Below are positions 1 to 10,015 of a stretch of 64,000 nucleotides of DNA, one piece after another (positions within the stretch are counted from its first letter, which is position 1; each line of letters opens with the position of its first letter). The notes under the pieces are model-generated. The model had not been told where the DNA came from. It did no database searches and was given only the letters and a program-made list of their open reading frames with translations. This DNA is from Rhizomicrobium sp. Lineage in GTDB: Bacteria > Pseudomonadota > Alphaproteobacteria > Micropepsales > Micropepsaceae. The stretch spans positions 6,974-70,973 of the forward strand of contig JBEKLN010000013.1 of NCBI GenBank assembly GCA_050010175.1, given 5' to 3'. The position numbers and the translations under genes were made by a program.

Positions 1-1
1 G

Positions 2-283
2 GATGCCGTCAAGTCCGACGCCGCATTGCCGCAGAATTCGATCGCCCAATCGCGTCTTGCCATGCGCATCGCCGAGGCGGAATCGGGCGCCGCCGTTCAG
101 ATCGCCCAGATCGCGCCGAAACCGCGCCCTGCAACTGACGTCGCTGCCGAGAAAATCGGCTCGCCTATTGTCGTCGCGGCGATCGTTCCCAAACCGCGGC
201 CTGAATTTGCGTCGACCGCAGCGCTGTCGCTCGCCGGACGTCAGTTCGCCGTCATGCTGCCGAAGCTCCGGCCGCACGATTGA
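2..283 (+). CDS. 3' end of a CDS entering from the left edge; Pro/Ala-rich C-terminus with PKPRP-like motifs, function unknown
   Basis: Frame open from nt 2 to TGA 281-283, followed by a terminator hairpin. Confidence 0.55.
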   Translation, partial: DAVKSDAALPQNSIAQSRLAMRIAEAESGAAVQIAQIAPKPRPATDVAAEKIGSPIVVAAIVPKPRPEFASTAALSLAGRQFAVMLPKLRPHD

Positions 284-285
284 AC

Positions 286-317
286 AAAAAGCCCGGTGGC
301 GAACCACCGGGCCTTTC
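286..317. terminator. Probable bidirectional intrinsic terminator
   Basis: AAAAA-GCCCGGTGG-CGAA-CCACCGGGC-CTTT between convergent genes. Confidence 0.8.
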
Positions 318-342
318 GGTATCCGAACTCTTCCAGCGTCGA

Positions 343-888
343 TCAGCGATGCCAGTCGCGATGCCAGCCCATGTCGTGATCGCGATCATGGCGCCAGTCC
401 CAATAGCGATCGTGATGGTTATTCTGCCACCAGATGCGTTCGGCGTCGTTGTGCCAGACATGCCAGCGATGCCAGCGATCCCAATAGCCATCGTTATAGG
501 CGTAGGCGATGTCGCCGACCCCGACTTCGAATCCGGGTACGCCGACGGCAACTCCGATGCCCGGTCCGCCCACGGCCACGCCGACGCCTGGTCCGCCCAT
601 CATCATTCCGCCGCCGCCAACGCGCCAGCCCATGTCCGCATCGCGGTCGTGGCGCCAGTCGTAATACGCGTCAGGGTGATGCGCGCGCCACCACACCCAG
701 TCGTCGCGGTCGGCCCAGGCATGCCAGCGATGCCAGCGATCCCAATAGCCGTCGCGATACGCGAAGCGCACGTCGCCTTCGTGAAGCGAAACGCCGAAGT
801 GAAGGAACGCCTGCGCGGGCGCAGTCGTGGCAAACGTCGCTCCAACCAGGGCAAGCGCGCAAACTGCTCCTGCCAGTAAGGTCTTCAT
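343..888 (-). CDS. Secreted Trp/His/Asp/Arg-rich protein with an internally duplicated ~45-aa module, 181 aa
   Basis: AAGGAG RBS at 895-900; signal peptide MKTLLAGAVCALALVGATFATTAPAQA; two copies of AYxDGYWDRWHRWHxW...YxDWRHDRDxDMGW. Confidence 0.8.
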   Translation of the reverse strand: MKTLLAGAVCALALVGATFATTAPAQAFLHFGVSLHEGDVRFAYRDGYWDRWHRWHAWADRDDWVWWRAHHPDAYYDWRHDRDADMGWRVGGGGMMMGGPGVGVAVGGPGIGVAVGVPGFEVGVGDIAYAYNDGYWDRWHRWHVWHNDAERIWWQNNHHDRYWDWRHDRDHDMGWHRDWHR

Positions 889-1112
889 GTATGACTCCTT
901 AATGTGAGATTCCCCTCTCACTCCCCTAACCTTGGTTAAGGTTAGCACACTTGCTGAACTGCAATAGGGCAAGAATATGTCGGGCATGTGTCTGCGGACC
1001 GGGTTCGCCACCAGGGCGTTTTGGGCCCGGAAAAACTTGCCGCATGCCGGTCTTCCGGCGGACGAGTTACGCATAGTACGTTGAAAATACTTGATTATTT
1101 TCACTTCGCCCG

Positions 1113-1128
1113 CGGCACGGAACTGGCA
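1113..1128 (+). promoter_or_regulatory. sigma54 (-24/-12) promoter of flgI operon
   Basis: CGGCACG-GAAC-TGGCA (GG-N10-GC); AT-rich IHF-like tract 1081-1101; ftr-like CCCGGAAAAACTTGCCG near 1026-1042. Confidence 0.6.
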
Positions 1129-1168
1129 AGGGTCATTGCGTGAAATCGCGCCCGAGCAGAACCCGCTC

Positions 1169-2308
1169 ATGATCCTGTTTCCCCGTCGCAGCCGAAAGAC
1201 CCGCGCGCTCGCCCTGTTCGCAAGCGCCTTGCTGGCGCTCGCGCCAGTCGATGCAGCCTTTGCCTTTTCCCGTGTCAAGGATCTGGTCGAAGTGCAGGGC
1301 ATTCGCGACAACATGCTGGTCGGCTACGGCCTGGTGGTCGGCCTGAACACAACCGGCGATTCGCTGCGCAACGCCCCTTTCACCCAGCTCAGCATCCAGA
1401 CCATGCTGGAACGGCTGGGCGTCAATACCCGCGGCGCGACGCTGCAGACCAAGGACGTCGCGGCCGTCATGGTCACGGCCAACCTTCCCGCATTCGCCGG
1501 CCAGGGAACGCGCATCGACGTGTCGGTCAGCGCGCTGGGTGATGCGACGAGCCTGCAGGGAGGCACATTGCTCGTGACGCCGATGTTCGGCGCCGATGGA
1601 GAAATCTATGCGCTGGCCCAAGGGCCCGTCGCCATCGGCGGCTTTGTGGCACAAGGCCAGGCCAGCAGCGTGACGAAAGGCGTACCGACTGCGGCACGGA
1701 TTTCCAACGGGGCGATCGTGGAACGCGAAATCGGCTTTGCGCTCGCGGCCCAGAAATCGCTGAAGCTTTCGCTGCACAATCCCGATCTGACAACGGCGAC
1801 ACGCATTGCCGATGCGGTCAACGCCTATATCGGACAGTCGGTCGCCACCGTGAATGATCCGTCGACCGTCAAACTCAACGTTCCCGACGCCTACAAAAAT
1901 GGCGTCGTGGGGCTGCTCGATGACGTCGAACAGCTCAAGGTCGATCCCGATCAGCCGGCCCGCGTCGTCATCGACGAGCAGTCGGGTGTCATCGTGATGG
2001 GTTCGGATGTGCGCATCTCCACGGTCGCCATCGCGCAGGGAAATCTGACCATCAAAGTCAGCGAGACGCCGGAAGTCAGCCAGCCGGGCCCGCTCAGCGA
2101 CGGCAAGACCGTCGTGGCGCCGCGCACGCAGATCCAGGTCGACGAAGGCAAAGGCAACAAGATGACCGTCGTCGCCCAGGGCGTGAGCCTTCAGAAGCTG
2201 GTTGACGGATTGAACGCGCTGGGCGTCGGTCCGCGCGACATCATCTCAATCCTGCAGGCCATCAAGGCCGCAGGTGCGTTGCAGGCCGATATCCAGGTGA
2301 TCGGATGA
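1169..2308 (+). CDS. flgI: Flagellar P-ring protein FlgI
   Basis: Signal peptide then SRVKDLVEVQGIRDNMLVGYGLVVGLNTTGD; C-terminal ILQAIKAAGALQADI. Confidence 0.97.
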   Translation: MILFPRRSRKTRALALFASALLALAPVDAAFAFSRVKDLVEVQGIRDNMLVGYGLVVGLNTTGDSLRNAPFTQLSIQTMLERLGVNTRGATLQTKDVAAVMVTANLPAFAGQGTRIDVSVSALGDATSLQGGTLLVTPMFGADGEIYALAQGPVAIGGFVAQGQASSVTKGVPTAARISNGAIVEREIGFALAAQKSLKLSLHNPDLTTATRIADAVNAYIGQSVATVNDPSTVKLNVPDAYKNGVVGLLDDVEQLKVDPDQPARVVIDEQSGVIVMGSDVRISTVAIAQGNLTIKVSETPEVSQPGPLSDGKTVVAPRTQIQVDEGKGNKMTVVAQGVSLQKLVDGLNALGVGPRDIISILQAIKAAGALQADIQVIG

Positions 2309-2637
2309 CCCTCGCAACCGACATCTCTACCGCACAGGCACAGGTTCCGCCGCGCGCAGTCGTGGCGCCGCATGCTACCAACAGCCCGTCCGCGGCCAAG
2401 AAGGCAGCAACCCAATTCGAATCCGTATTCATTTCGCAGTTTCTGGGCTCGATGTTCGAAGGTATCTCGACCGACGGGCCCTTCGGCGGTGGCCAGGGCG
2501 AAGCGATGTTTCGTTCGATGATGCTGGACGAATACGGCAAACAGATCGAAGCGCGAGGCGGCATCGGGCTGTCAGCCGCGATCACCCGCCAGCTTCTGCA
2601 CGCGCAGGAAACGCACACAGGTCTGTCAGGCAAATGA
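2305..2637 (+). CDS. flgJ: Short FlgJ-type rod-binding protein (no muramidase domain)
   Basis: AATQFESVFISQFLGSM...GEAMFRSMMLDEYGKQI; ATGA overlap with flgI. Confidence 0.85.
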   Translation: MTLATDISTAQAQVPPRAVVAPHATNSPSAAKKAATQFESVFISQFLGSMFEGISTDGPFGGGQGEAMFRSMMLDEYGKQIEARGGIGLSAAITRQLLHAQETHTGLSGK

Positions 2638-3050
2638 ACGCCCTGGAAGAAAAAGCAGACCGCGTCCGGACACTCACGCGCCGGCTGACCGAGGCGCTGC
2701 TGGGCGATATCGATGCGCTGGATCGCGGCCGTCCGTCCGAAATGCTGACGATCGTTCCGGAAACCCAGCAGCTATTGTCGCATTATGCGCGAGAAGCAGC
2801 GAGTCTGAGAACTCAGATCAAACTCTTGCCGGGGGAATCGCGCAAAGCGCTGACGAGCGCGGCGGAAAAACTCCACGAAGCACTGGCGCTGCACGAACGC
2901 CGGCTGACTCGCGTGCGCCGCGCCAGCGAAGGCATGATCAAGGCCATCGTCGACGACGTCGAGCGCAGGAAGCGCGTTACGCGGACATATGGACCGCGCA
3001 AGACGGCCACGCCCGCGCCCGGAGCCATGCTCTATAACGGTGTCGTATAG
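2634..3050 (+). CDS. FlgN/FlbY-like flagellar protein
   Basis: Helical 138-aa ORF coupled to flgJ; position matches the Caulobacter flgI-flgJ-flbY order. Confidence 0.6.
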   Translation: MNALEEKADRVRTLTRRLTEALLGDIDALDRGRPSEMLTIVPETQQLLSHYAREAASLRTQIKLLPGESRKALTSAAEKLHEALALHERRLTRVRRASEGMIKAIVDDVERRKRVTRTYGPRKTATPAPGAMLYNGVV

Positions 3051-3076
3051 CAGAAATTCGAACGACGGCAGCTGCG

Positions 3077-5992
3077 CTAGGCGATCAAGCTTGCCAGGGA
3101 GCCGCTGGTTGACGAGCTGCTCGACGAAGTGCTGTCGCCCAGCAAGGTGAGCCCGAGATTGTAATTGGCCACCTGTGCCGTCAGGTAGGCCGGCGCCTGC
3201 CCGCTCGACTGCGACGAAGTCTGGCTTGTCGATGTCGATCCCGCGGGCGTGTTCGTTTCCTGGTAAATGTTCTGAATCGTGTTCAGCACGTTCTGCAGCG
3301 AAATCTTGGCGACGCCTGCGTCGCCCGAGCTGGACAGGTCAATCGACGTATCGAGTTGCAGGCCGTAAACCGGTTTCGCAGCCGTCGACGGACTACTCGA
3401 GGAAGAACTCGACGCCGATGTGCTGCCGGTCGACGAGGAACTGCTTTTGGCGGGCGCGGTAATGACGCCGGGCGTGATGCCGAGCCGGCCGAGCGCGTCC
3501 GATGCGGCAGGCCCGGAATTGAGCGAGATCGTGGCGCCCGGACTGGCGGTAATCTCAAGTGCCTGACCTTTTGAGGTATAGGTGACGGACGCCTTGCCGT
3601 TTGACAGGAGTTCGCTGTTGATCTGGTCCACCAGGGACTGAAGCGTTGCGCCCTGACCGACAGTGATCGTTGCCGTGCGCGCAGCCGTGCCTTCGATCTG
3701 GAGATTGAAGGAGTCGCCGGCCTGCAACGTCGTATTGGATGAAAGATTGACGGATTGATTGGTGCTGATCGTTCCGTCGGGAAGACCGAGCGCATTCAGT
3801 ACGCTCGACCCCGTCGGATCCACGGCGACGCCGGAACCCGTCGACTGGCCGTCCGCGCCGCCATACTGGTTGGTCCAGTCGACCGTCCCGCCGCTCGATA
3901 GCGCCGCGACAAATGCATTGTTCGCGCCGGCGACGTTGCGGACCTGTCCGGCAAAAGTTCCTGTCGTCGTGCCCGCCAGGTAAACAGTGCCATCGGGACC
4001 GACGGTCAGCCCTCCTGCCGTGGTTTCGCCCGACGATGTGCCGACATAGCTGACAGTGTTGGCGGTACCGCTCGTGCCGTTGTCGGTGGCGTTGAACACA
4101 AACGCCTGCGTGCCGCCGGTGCTCGGGGTGGCAATGGTCGCCTGTCCGCCCGCTGTCAGTGCCGTGTTGCTGGTCGTGCCTGATACGTAAATCTGACCGC
4201 CGGAGACTGCGATGCCGCCGATCGATCCGCCATCGAGGCTGCCAAGATTCATCTGCCAGGTGGGCGCGCCCGTGATGGCGCCGCCGGCATAGGACGACAG
4301 GATGGCCTGGCCGTTTTGCTGTGAAGCGACGATGAGATCGCCGGTGGATGTAACGGCCGTTGCCGCAACGGAATCGTTCCCCGACGGGCCGAACTGATTT
4401 TCGGAAACGATCTGGCCGGAGCTGTTGAGCTGGGCGAGATAGGCGTTGGTGCCGCCCGAGTTCGTCTGTCCCGCACCGAGAGTGCCCGTCACGGAACCGC
4501 CGATATAAACGTTGCCCTGCGCATCCACACTGACTGCGTTCGCCTGATTGCTGGTCAGCGTAGGAATCTGCTGCACCCAGTTCTGGTTGCCGTTCGCATC
4601 GTAGGAGGCGACGAAACTGTCCGTACTGCCGTCGGCGATCGATGTGGTGCTGAGCGGCTCCGTGCTCGATCCGGCAACCACGACTCCGCCTTGCGGATTC
4701 AGCGCCAGGGAATATGCGGAGGAGGTTCCGGTGCTGCCCAGGAGTTGCGTCCATTCCACCTGGCCGGCCGAATTGTATTTCGAAAGATAGACGTCCTGAG
4801 ATGCCTGGTTGAGTTGGCTGCCGAAATTTCCGGTGGCGTTGCCGACGACGTAGAGGTTGCCTTGCGAATCCACGACGGAGGATTGGATCGTCGTGTTGCC
4901 GGAGCTCGGGGCCACGGCCGTGTTTCCAAGACTTTGCGGTGTGCCGGAAAGATTTCCCAGGGTGGCAATGTCGCCCTGGTTGCTTGGCTGCGTGGCCGTT
5001 TCGCCTGTCGTTGTGTTGGCAGGCGCACCAGTGCTCGAGCCGGACGTGCCGGTCAGGAACAGGGACGGCGTTGCCTGGCTCGACGACAGGTTGATGCTTT
5101 CTCCTGCTCCGGGCGTGATCGAGATGCCCCAGCTTGCGTCCTGAGCGTCGTTGATCGATCCGCTCGTGATCGTCGTCTGAAAACGGGACGTGAAGCCGTC
5201 CGCCTTCAATTGCGCATTGGTGTAGTTGACGATGTTGCCCAGCGTCAGAGGCCCCTGAATCTGGGATAGATCGATCGCCACGTTCGTCGTAGTGCCGCCT
5301 TTGGTGACGCCAACCGTGAAGCTGTCGCCGGCGCTGACGCCCGGAAGCGGGTTGCTCAAATCTGCGTCGCTGACCAACGTATTGCCGGTGACGCTGAACT
5401 GCGGCGTTGGAATCGTTGCCGTGCTCGTCACCGATGAACTCGGATTCTGGGTCTGCATCGTGAAGTTGTTGAACGTCGTGGAATTGATAAAGGATTCGAC
5501 CTGGGAGAGTCCGGTCTGGAATTGCGTATTGTAACCGGTCAACTCGCCGGGCGTGACTCCGGACTGTTGCGCGATCCCGGCGAGAGTGCCGAGCGAACTG
5601 ACTGCCTGGTAGAGCGTGAAGAGATTCTGATTGTCTTCCTGCGTCTCTTTGCTCGACCCGGATCCGCCGACTAGCGGGGTGGTGCTCTGCTTGATGAAAT
5701 CCGTCGTCGACAGAACCTGGGCTTCCAGCGCTTGCTGGTTGGTCGTTTGCTGTTGGTCCCAGGGCGGGGTTTGTGCCGAAGTGGACGTGCTGCTGGACGA
5801 ACTGCCCCAGGCGGTGGCTGAGGTCTGCGCCGTAGCAGTGGCCTCTACGATCGTGTCGGCGCCGAAATAGCTGAGCAATGTGGACGAATCGATCGAAGGC
5901 AGCGTGGTGATGGATGTGCTCGACGTGCTGCTCGACGTCGACAGCGGCGTGAACAGGCTCGCAATATTCGGCAGACTGCTGATGCTGGACAT
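3077..5992 (-). CDS. flaY: FlaY (FlaEY)-like flagellar factor, Ser/Thr-rich with SBBP-type beta-propeller repeats
   Basis: 971 aa, no signal peptide; repeats such as VDSQGNLYVVG, VDAQGNVYIGG, VGPDGTVYLAG; flagellar context. Confidence 0.7.
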   Translation of the reverse strand: MSSISSLPNIASLFTPLSTSSSTSSTSITTLPSIDSSTLLSYFGADTIVEATATAQTSATAWGSSSSSTSTSAQTPPWDQQQTTNQQALEAQVLSTTDFIKQSTTPLVGGSGSSKETQEDNQNLFTLYQAVSSLGTLAGIAQQSGVTPGELTGYNTQFQTGLSQVESFINSTTFNNFTMQTQNPSSSVTSTATIPTPQFSVTGNTLVSDADLSNPLPGVSAGDSFTVGVTKGGTTTNVAIDLSQIQGPLTLGNIVNYTNAQLKADGFTSRFQTTITSGSINDAQDASWGISITPGAGESINLSSSQATPSLFLTGTSGSSTGAPANTTTGETATQPSNQGDIATLGNLSGTPQSLGNTAVAPSSGNTTIQSSVVDSQGNLYVVGNATGNFGSQLNQASQDVYLSKYNSAGQVEWTQLLGSTGTSSAYSLALNPQGGVVVAGSSTEPLSTTSIADGSTDSFVASYDANGNQNWVQQIPTLTSNQANAVSVDAQGNVYIGGSVTGTLGAGQTNSGGTNAYLAQLNSSGQIVSENQFGPSGNDSVAATAVTSTGDLIVASQQNGQAILSSYAGGAITGAPTWQMNLGSLDGGSIGGIAVSGGQIYVSGTTSNTALTAGGQATIATPSTGGTQAFVFNATDNGTSGTANTVSYVGTSSGETTAGGLTVGPDGTVYLAGTTTGTFAGQVRNVAGANNAFVAALSSGGTVDWTNQYGGADGQSTGSGVAVDPTGSSVLNALGLPDGTISTNQSVNLSSNTTLQAGDSFNLQIEGTAARTATITVGQGATLQSLVDQINSELLSNGKASVTYTSKGQALEITASPGATISLNSGPAASDALGRLGITPGVITAPAKSSSSSTGSTSASSSSSSSPSTAAKPVYGLQLDTSIDLSSSGDAGVAKISLQNVLNTIQNIYQETNTPAGSTSTSQTSSQSSGQAPAYLTAQVANYNLGLTLLGDSTSSSSSSTSGSLASLIA

Positions 5993-6034
5993 CGGCTCTT
6001 GTTCCGGCTTTGGGGTCAGTTTCGCCGTTCGCGA

Positions 6035-6083
6035 TTAAGGACGCGCTAATTCGCGGGCAAATCGTGCTTAAGGTGCGCTTAAC
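6035..6083. promoter_or_regulatory. Two CtrA boxes in the flaY / flmG-like divergent intergenic region
   Basis: TTAA-GGACGCG-CTAA (6035-6049) and perfect TTAA-GGTGCGC-TTAAC (6068-6083). Confidence 0.8.
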
Positions 6084-6105
6084 ACGGAGTGTGCGAAAAC
6101 GGGGC

Positions 6106-7632
6106 ATGCAACCGGTGGCACACAAGGCGTACGAACAGGGCCTCGCGCTGTCGGCGCAGTCGCGGCATGCGGACGCCATCGGCGCCTATGAGCGCGCCCT
6201 GGCGGAGAAACCCGACGATATCCGCGTGCTGTTTGCGCTCGGCAATACGGCCAGCTCGCTCGGCATGCCAAGAGCCGCCGAGGAGTTTTTCCGCCGCGTG
6301 CTGGCGCTGGAGCCGGATCGTCTCGAAGCGTTAGTCAACCTTGCCAATGTCTTAAGGGCGCAGGGTCAGCTCGACGCCGCAAAGCGGCTGATCGAGCCGG
6401 CGCTGGAGCGCGCTCCGGATGCGCCAGATTTGTTGCTCACGCTGGGCTCCGTCCATCGCGAGATGGGCGACCGCGTTCAGGCCAAGGCGTTTTATCGCGA
6501 AGCGCTCAACCGCGATGCGAATCATGCCGCAGCCCAGGGTAATTTGGCTGATCTTCTGGCCGACGACGGCGACATTGCCGAAGCGATGGCGCTCTACGAC
6601 CGCGCGGTCTTGCGCGAGCCGAAGAACGCACAGCTCAAACTCAATCGTGCCATTCTGCATCTATTGCGCGGCGAGCTGAAAGACGGCTGGCGCGATTACG
6701 CGGCGCGCCTGAAAATCCCCGGCAAGGCGCCTATCTGCGATCACGGGCTGAAGCCGTGGAACGGTGCGCATCTCAAACGTACACGGCTGCTGGTGACTGT
6801 GGAGCAGGGCGTGGGCGACCAGATCATGTTCGCCAGTCTTGTCCCCGAACTCGCCGCGCGCGCGCAGGACGATCGCGGCGCGATCCTCCTCGAATGCGAT
6901 CCGCGCCTGGTTTCCCTGTTCGCGCGGTCATTCCCGCGCGTCTCCGTGCATCCCGCCCAGATGCAATCGAAAGCCGGCATGACAACAGCCCATTACGGCT
7001 GGTTGAAGCAGGCAGGTGGTGCCAACGCGGCGATCGAGATGGGCAGCCTCCCGCGCACGATGCGAAATTCGGTCAAACAGTTTCCCGCCGCGCATGCGTT
7101 TCTTGCGGCCGATCCTGACGAAGCCGGGCGATGGCGCTCCGCATTCGCCCTGGCAGGTCCGCCGCCCTACGTCGGCATCTGCTGGAGAAGCGGCAAGGTC
7201 GGAGGATTGCGCAACCTTCAGTTTGCACCGCTTGCAGCCTGGGCGGAATTTATCCGCAACGCGCCCGGCACGATTGTCAGTGTACAATATGACGCGATGC
7301 CCGAAGAGACAGATGGCCTCTCGTCGCTCAGTGGGCGGGATGTTTTCGTGCCGCCGGCGCTGGACCAGAAGAACGAACTCGACCGCGCCTGCGCCATGCT
7401 GTCGGCGCTCGATCATGTGGTGAGCGCGCCGACCGCGGTGTCATGGCTGTCGTCCGCAGCGGGAGTGCCGACATCAAAGGTACTCCACGACACCAGCTGG
7501 ACATCGTTTGGACAGCCATACGAGCCGTTCGCGCCGGCTTGCGCGTGCCTCTCGCCAAAGGTCGTGGGTGACTGGAGCGATGTGTTCGCACAGGCAACGG
7601 TTCGGCTGACGGCTCGGACGACGATCAGCTAA
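6106..7632 (+). CDS. FlmG-like TPR + GT-B protein glycosyltransferase (paralog 1)
   Basis: N-terminal TPRs; LLVTVEQGVGDQIMFASL, VGICWRSG and LDHVVSAPTAV motifs shared with the 26497 protein. Confidence 0.8.
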   Translation: MQPVAHKAYEQGLALSAQSRHADAIGAYERALAEKPDDIRVLFALGNTASSLGMPRAAEEFFRRVLALEPDRLEALVNLANVLRAQGQLDAAKRLIEPALERAPDAPDLLLTLGSVHREMGDRVQAKAFYREALNRDANHAAAQGNLADLLADDGDIAEAMALYDRAVLREPKNAQLKLNRAILHLLRGELKDGWRDYAARLKIPGKAPICDHGLKPWNGAHLKRTRLLVTVEQGVGDQIMFASLVPELAARAQDDRGAILLECDPRLVSLFARSFPRVSVHPAQMQSKAGMTTAHYGWLKQAGGANAAIEMGSLPRTMRNSVKQFPAAHAFLAADPDEAGRWRSAFALAGPPPYVGICWRSGKVGGLRNLQFAPLAAWAEFIRNAPGTIVSVQYDAMPEETDGLSSLSGRDVFVPPALDQKNELDRACAMLSALDHVVSAPTAVSWLSSAAGVPTSKVLHDTSWTSFGQPYEPFAPACACLSPKVVGDWSDVFAQATVRLTARTTIS

Positions 7633-7746
7633 AGTCCTACACGGATTATTCATAGCCGCCATCGGCGGGCACGCTGTCGCAATTCCTTCGCACGGTGCTA
7701 TCGTTGCCTGAAGACCGGATCGATGTCCGGCACGAGGGGACCCATC

Positions 7747-10011
7747 ATGAATCGTCTTGCGCTCATCGCCGCAACCAGCCTGCTGTGTGCAGGCGCCGTC
7801 ACTGCCGCCGAAGGGGATTCCGCGCCCACCGGCAGCCAGGCCGCGCTGGAGGCACAATTCGACGCAGCCATTCACCCCGCCGACCTGCGCGACTGGATGA
7901 AGCAGCTCGCCTCCGAGCCCAATCATGTCAGCTCGCCGCACGACAAAGCCAATGCCGAATGGATTCTGGCGCAGTTCAAATCATGGGGCTGGGACGCGCA
8001 TATCGAAACCTTCGAGGTGCTTTATCCGACACCCATCAGCGAATCCCTCGAGCTGATCGCACCCAAACATTTCAAGGCGACGCTGCAGGAGCCGCCGATC
8101 AAAGGCGACACGAGTTCGACGGCGAAAGAGCCGGCGCTCCCCGCTTACCTCGAATATCAGGGCGACGGCGACGTGACGGGCGAGCTTGTCTACGTCAATT
8201 ACGGCATGAAGGACGATTACGACACGCTGGAAAAACTCGGCGTGAACGTGAAGGGCAAGATCGTCATCGCGCGCTACGGCGACGGCTGGCGCGGCCTGAA
8301 GCCCAAGCTCGCGCAGGAACACGGCGCCATTGGTTGCATCATCTATTCCGATCCGCATGACGACGGCTACGCGCAGGACGCAGTCTACCCGAACGGCCCG
8401 ATGCGCCCGCCGCACGGCGTGCAGCGCGGCTCGGTCGAGGATTCGTCCACCTTCGACGGCGATCCGCTGACGCCCGGCGTCGGCGCCACGAAAGATGCTA
8501 AGCGGCTGAAGATTTCGGAATCGCCCGCCATCCTGAAAATTCCGGCGCTGCCGATTTCGTATGCGGACGCACAACCCTTGCTCGAAGCCATCGGTGGCCA
8601 GGTGGCGCCGTCGTCATGGCGCGGCTCGCTGCCGATCACCTATCGCGTAGGCCCCGGCGGCGCGATGGTGCATCTCGCCGTCAAATCGGAGTGGGGACTG
8701 AAGACGATCTACGACATCATCGGCGTCATGAAAGGCAGCACGTATCCCGACCAGTGGGTGGTGCGCGGCAATCATCATGACGGCTGGGTGTTCGGCGCCA
8801 GCGATCCCTTGTCGGGGCAGGTGGCGCTGCTGTCCGAAGCCAAAGCCATCGGTGCATTGGCGGCCACCGGCTGGCGTCCCAAGCGCAGCATCGTCTACAC
8901 GAGCTGGGACGGCGAAGAGCCGGGATTGCTGGGCTCCACGGAATGGGGCGAGACCCATGGTGGCGAACTGCGCAAGAAGGCCGTGCTCTACATCAATTCC
9001 GACACCAACACGCGGGGCATCCTTGCCGTGCAGGGCAGCCAGGATTTCGAGCATCTCGTCACGGACGTCGCCGGCGACATGATCGATCCGGAAACGCAAG
9101 CTCCCGTGCTTGCGCGTATGCGCGCGAAGATCAGACTCAATGCGCTCGACCCCTCCATCAAAGACAAGGATCACACGAAGGCCGAGGCGAAAATGGCTGC
9201 CGATCCGTCACGCGACGTGCCCATCGAAGCGCTGGGCTCGGGCTCGGATTACACCGTGTTTCTCGAGCATCTGGGCATTGCGTCGATGGATCTGCGCTAC
9301 AGCGACGAAGGGCATTCGAGCGGCGTCTATCATTCGCGGTACGACACGTTCGAGCATCACAGCCGCTTCGTCGATCCGGGCTTTGTCTACGACACGCTGC
9401 TCGCCAAAACGATCGGGCGCGCGGTCTTGCGCGTCGCCGATGCCGACCTGCCGCCGCAACGCGCCGGCGATTTCGCGTCGCAGATGGCGCAGGATCTCGC
9501 TGAGCTCAAAAAACTCGCGCAGGACAGCCGAGAAAAACAGGAATTGCAGGCGGCGCTGCTGCGCGACCGCGCCTATCCGCTCGCCGCGGATCCGACGAAG
9601 CCGAGCGGCAATCCGACGGCTCTGAAGGAAGTGCCGAAATTCGAATTCCTGCCGCTGGAAACCGCCGTGAAACGCCTGACCGACAGCGCGAAAGCCTACG
9701 ACGCTGCGCTTGCGAAATACGGCGCCTCGCTGCCGCCCGACCGGCTCGCGCATCTGCAGGCGCTGATGCTCGACATCGACCAGACGCTGGCGACCGACAC
9801 CGGCCTGCCCGGCCGGCCCTGGTATCGCAACCTGATCTACGCGCCGGGAACGCTGACGGGCTACGGCACCAAGACCATGCCCGGCGTGCGCGAAGGCATC
9901 GAGCAGGAACGTTTTGACGATGCCGCAAACTACATCAAGCTGACGGCCGATGCTCTCAATGCCTACTCGGATCGGCTCGACCAGGCGACGGCGGTGTTGA
10001 ACGGAAGTTGA
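7747..10011 (+). CDS. M28 metallopeptidase, glutamate carboxypeptidase II-like (PA + M28 + TfR-dimer domains)
   Basis: Signal peptide; GNHHDGW, GASDPLSG, SWDGEEPGLLGS, GVYHSRYD. Confidence 0.9.
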   Translation: MNRLALIAATSLLCAGAVTAAEGDSAPTGSQAALEAQFDAAIHPADLRDWMKQLASEPNHVSSPHDKANAEWILAQFKSWGWDAHIETFEVLYPTPISESLELIAPKHFKATLQEPPIKGDTSSTAKEPALPAYLEYQGDGDVTGELVYVNYGMKDDYDTLEKLGVNVKGKIVIARYGDGWRGLKPKLAQEHGAIGCIIYSDPHDDGYAQDAVYPNGPMRPPHGVQRGSVEDSSTFDGDPLTPGVGATKDAKRLKISESPAILKIPALPISYADAQPLLEAIGGQVAPSSWRGSLPITYRVGPGGAMVHLAVKSEWGLKTIYDIIGVMKGSTYPDQWVVRGNHHDGWVFGASDPLSGQVALLSEAKAIGALAATGWRPKRSIVYTSWDGEEPGLLGSTEWGETHGGELRKKAVLYINSDTNTRGILAVQGSQDFEHLVTDVAGDMIDPETQAPVLARMRAKIRLNALDPSIKDKDHTKAEAKMAADPSRDVPIEALGSGSDYTVFLEHLGIASMDLRYSDEGHSSGVYHSRYDTFEHHSRFVDPGFVYDTLLAKTIGRAVLRVADADLPPQRAGDFASQMAQDLAELKKLAQDSREKQELQAALLRDRAYPLAADPTKPSGNPTALKEVPKFEFLPLETAVKRLTDSAKAYDAALAKYGASLPPDRLAHLQALMLDIDQTLATDTGLPGRPWYRNLIYAPGTLTGYGTKTMPGVREGIEQERFDDAANYIKLTADALNAYSDRLDQATAVLNGS

Positions 10012-10015
10012 TGAG

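Noticed and set aside
926-945. CtrA box upstream of the W/H-rich gene
   Set aside because: Half-site spacing is 6 rather than 7; kept only as an unassigned dyad
7747-10011. M28 peptidase as part of the glycosylation pathway
   Set aside because: Exported generic carboxypeptidase; cytoplasmic nucleotide-sugar steps do not need it, so it is probably a bystander
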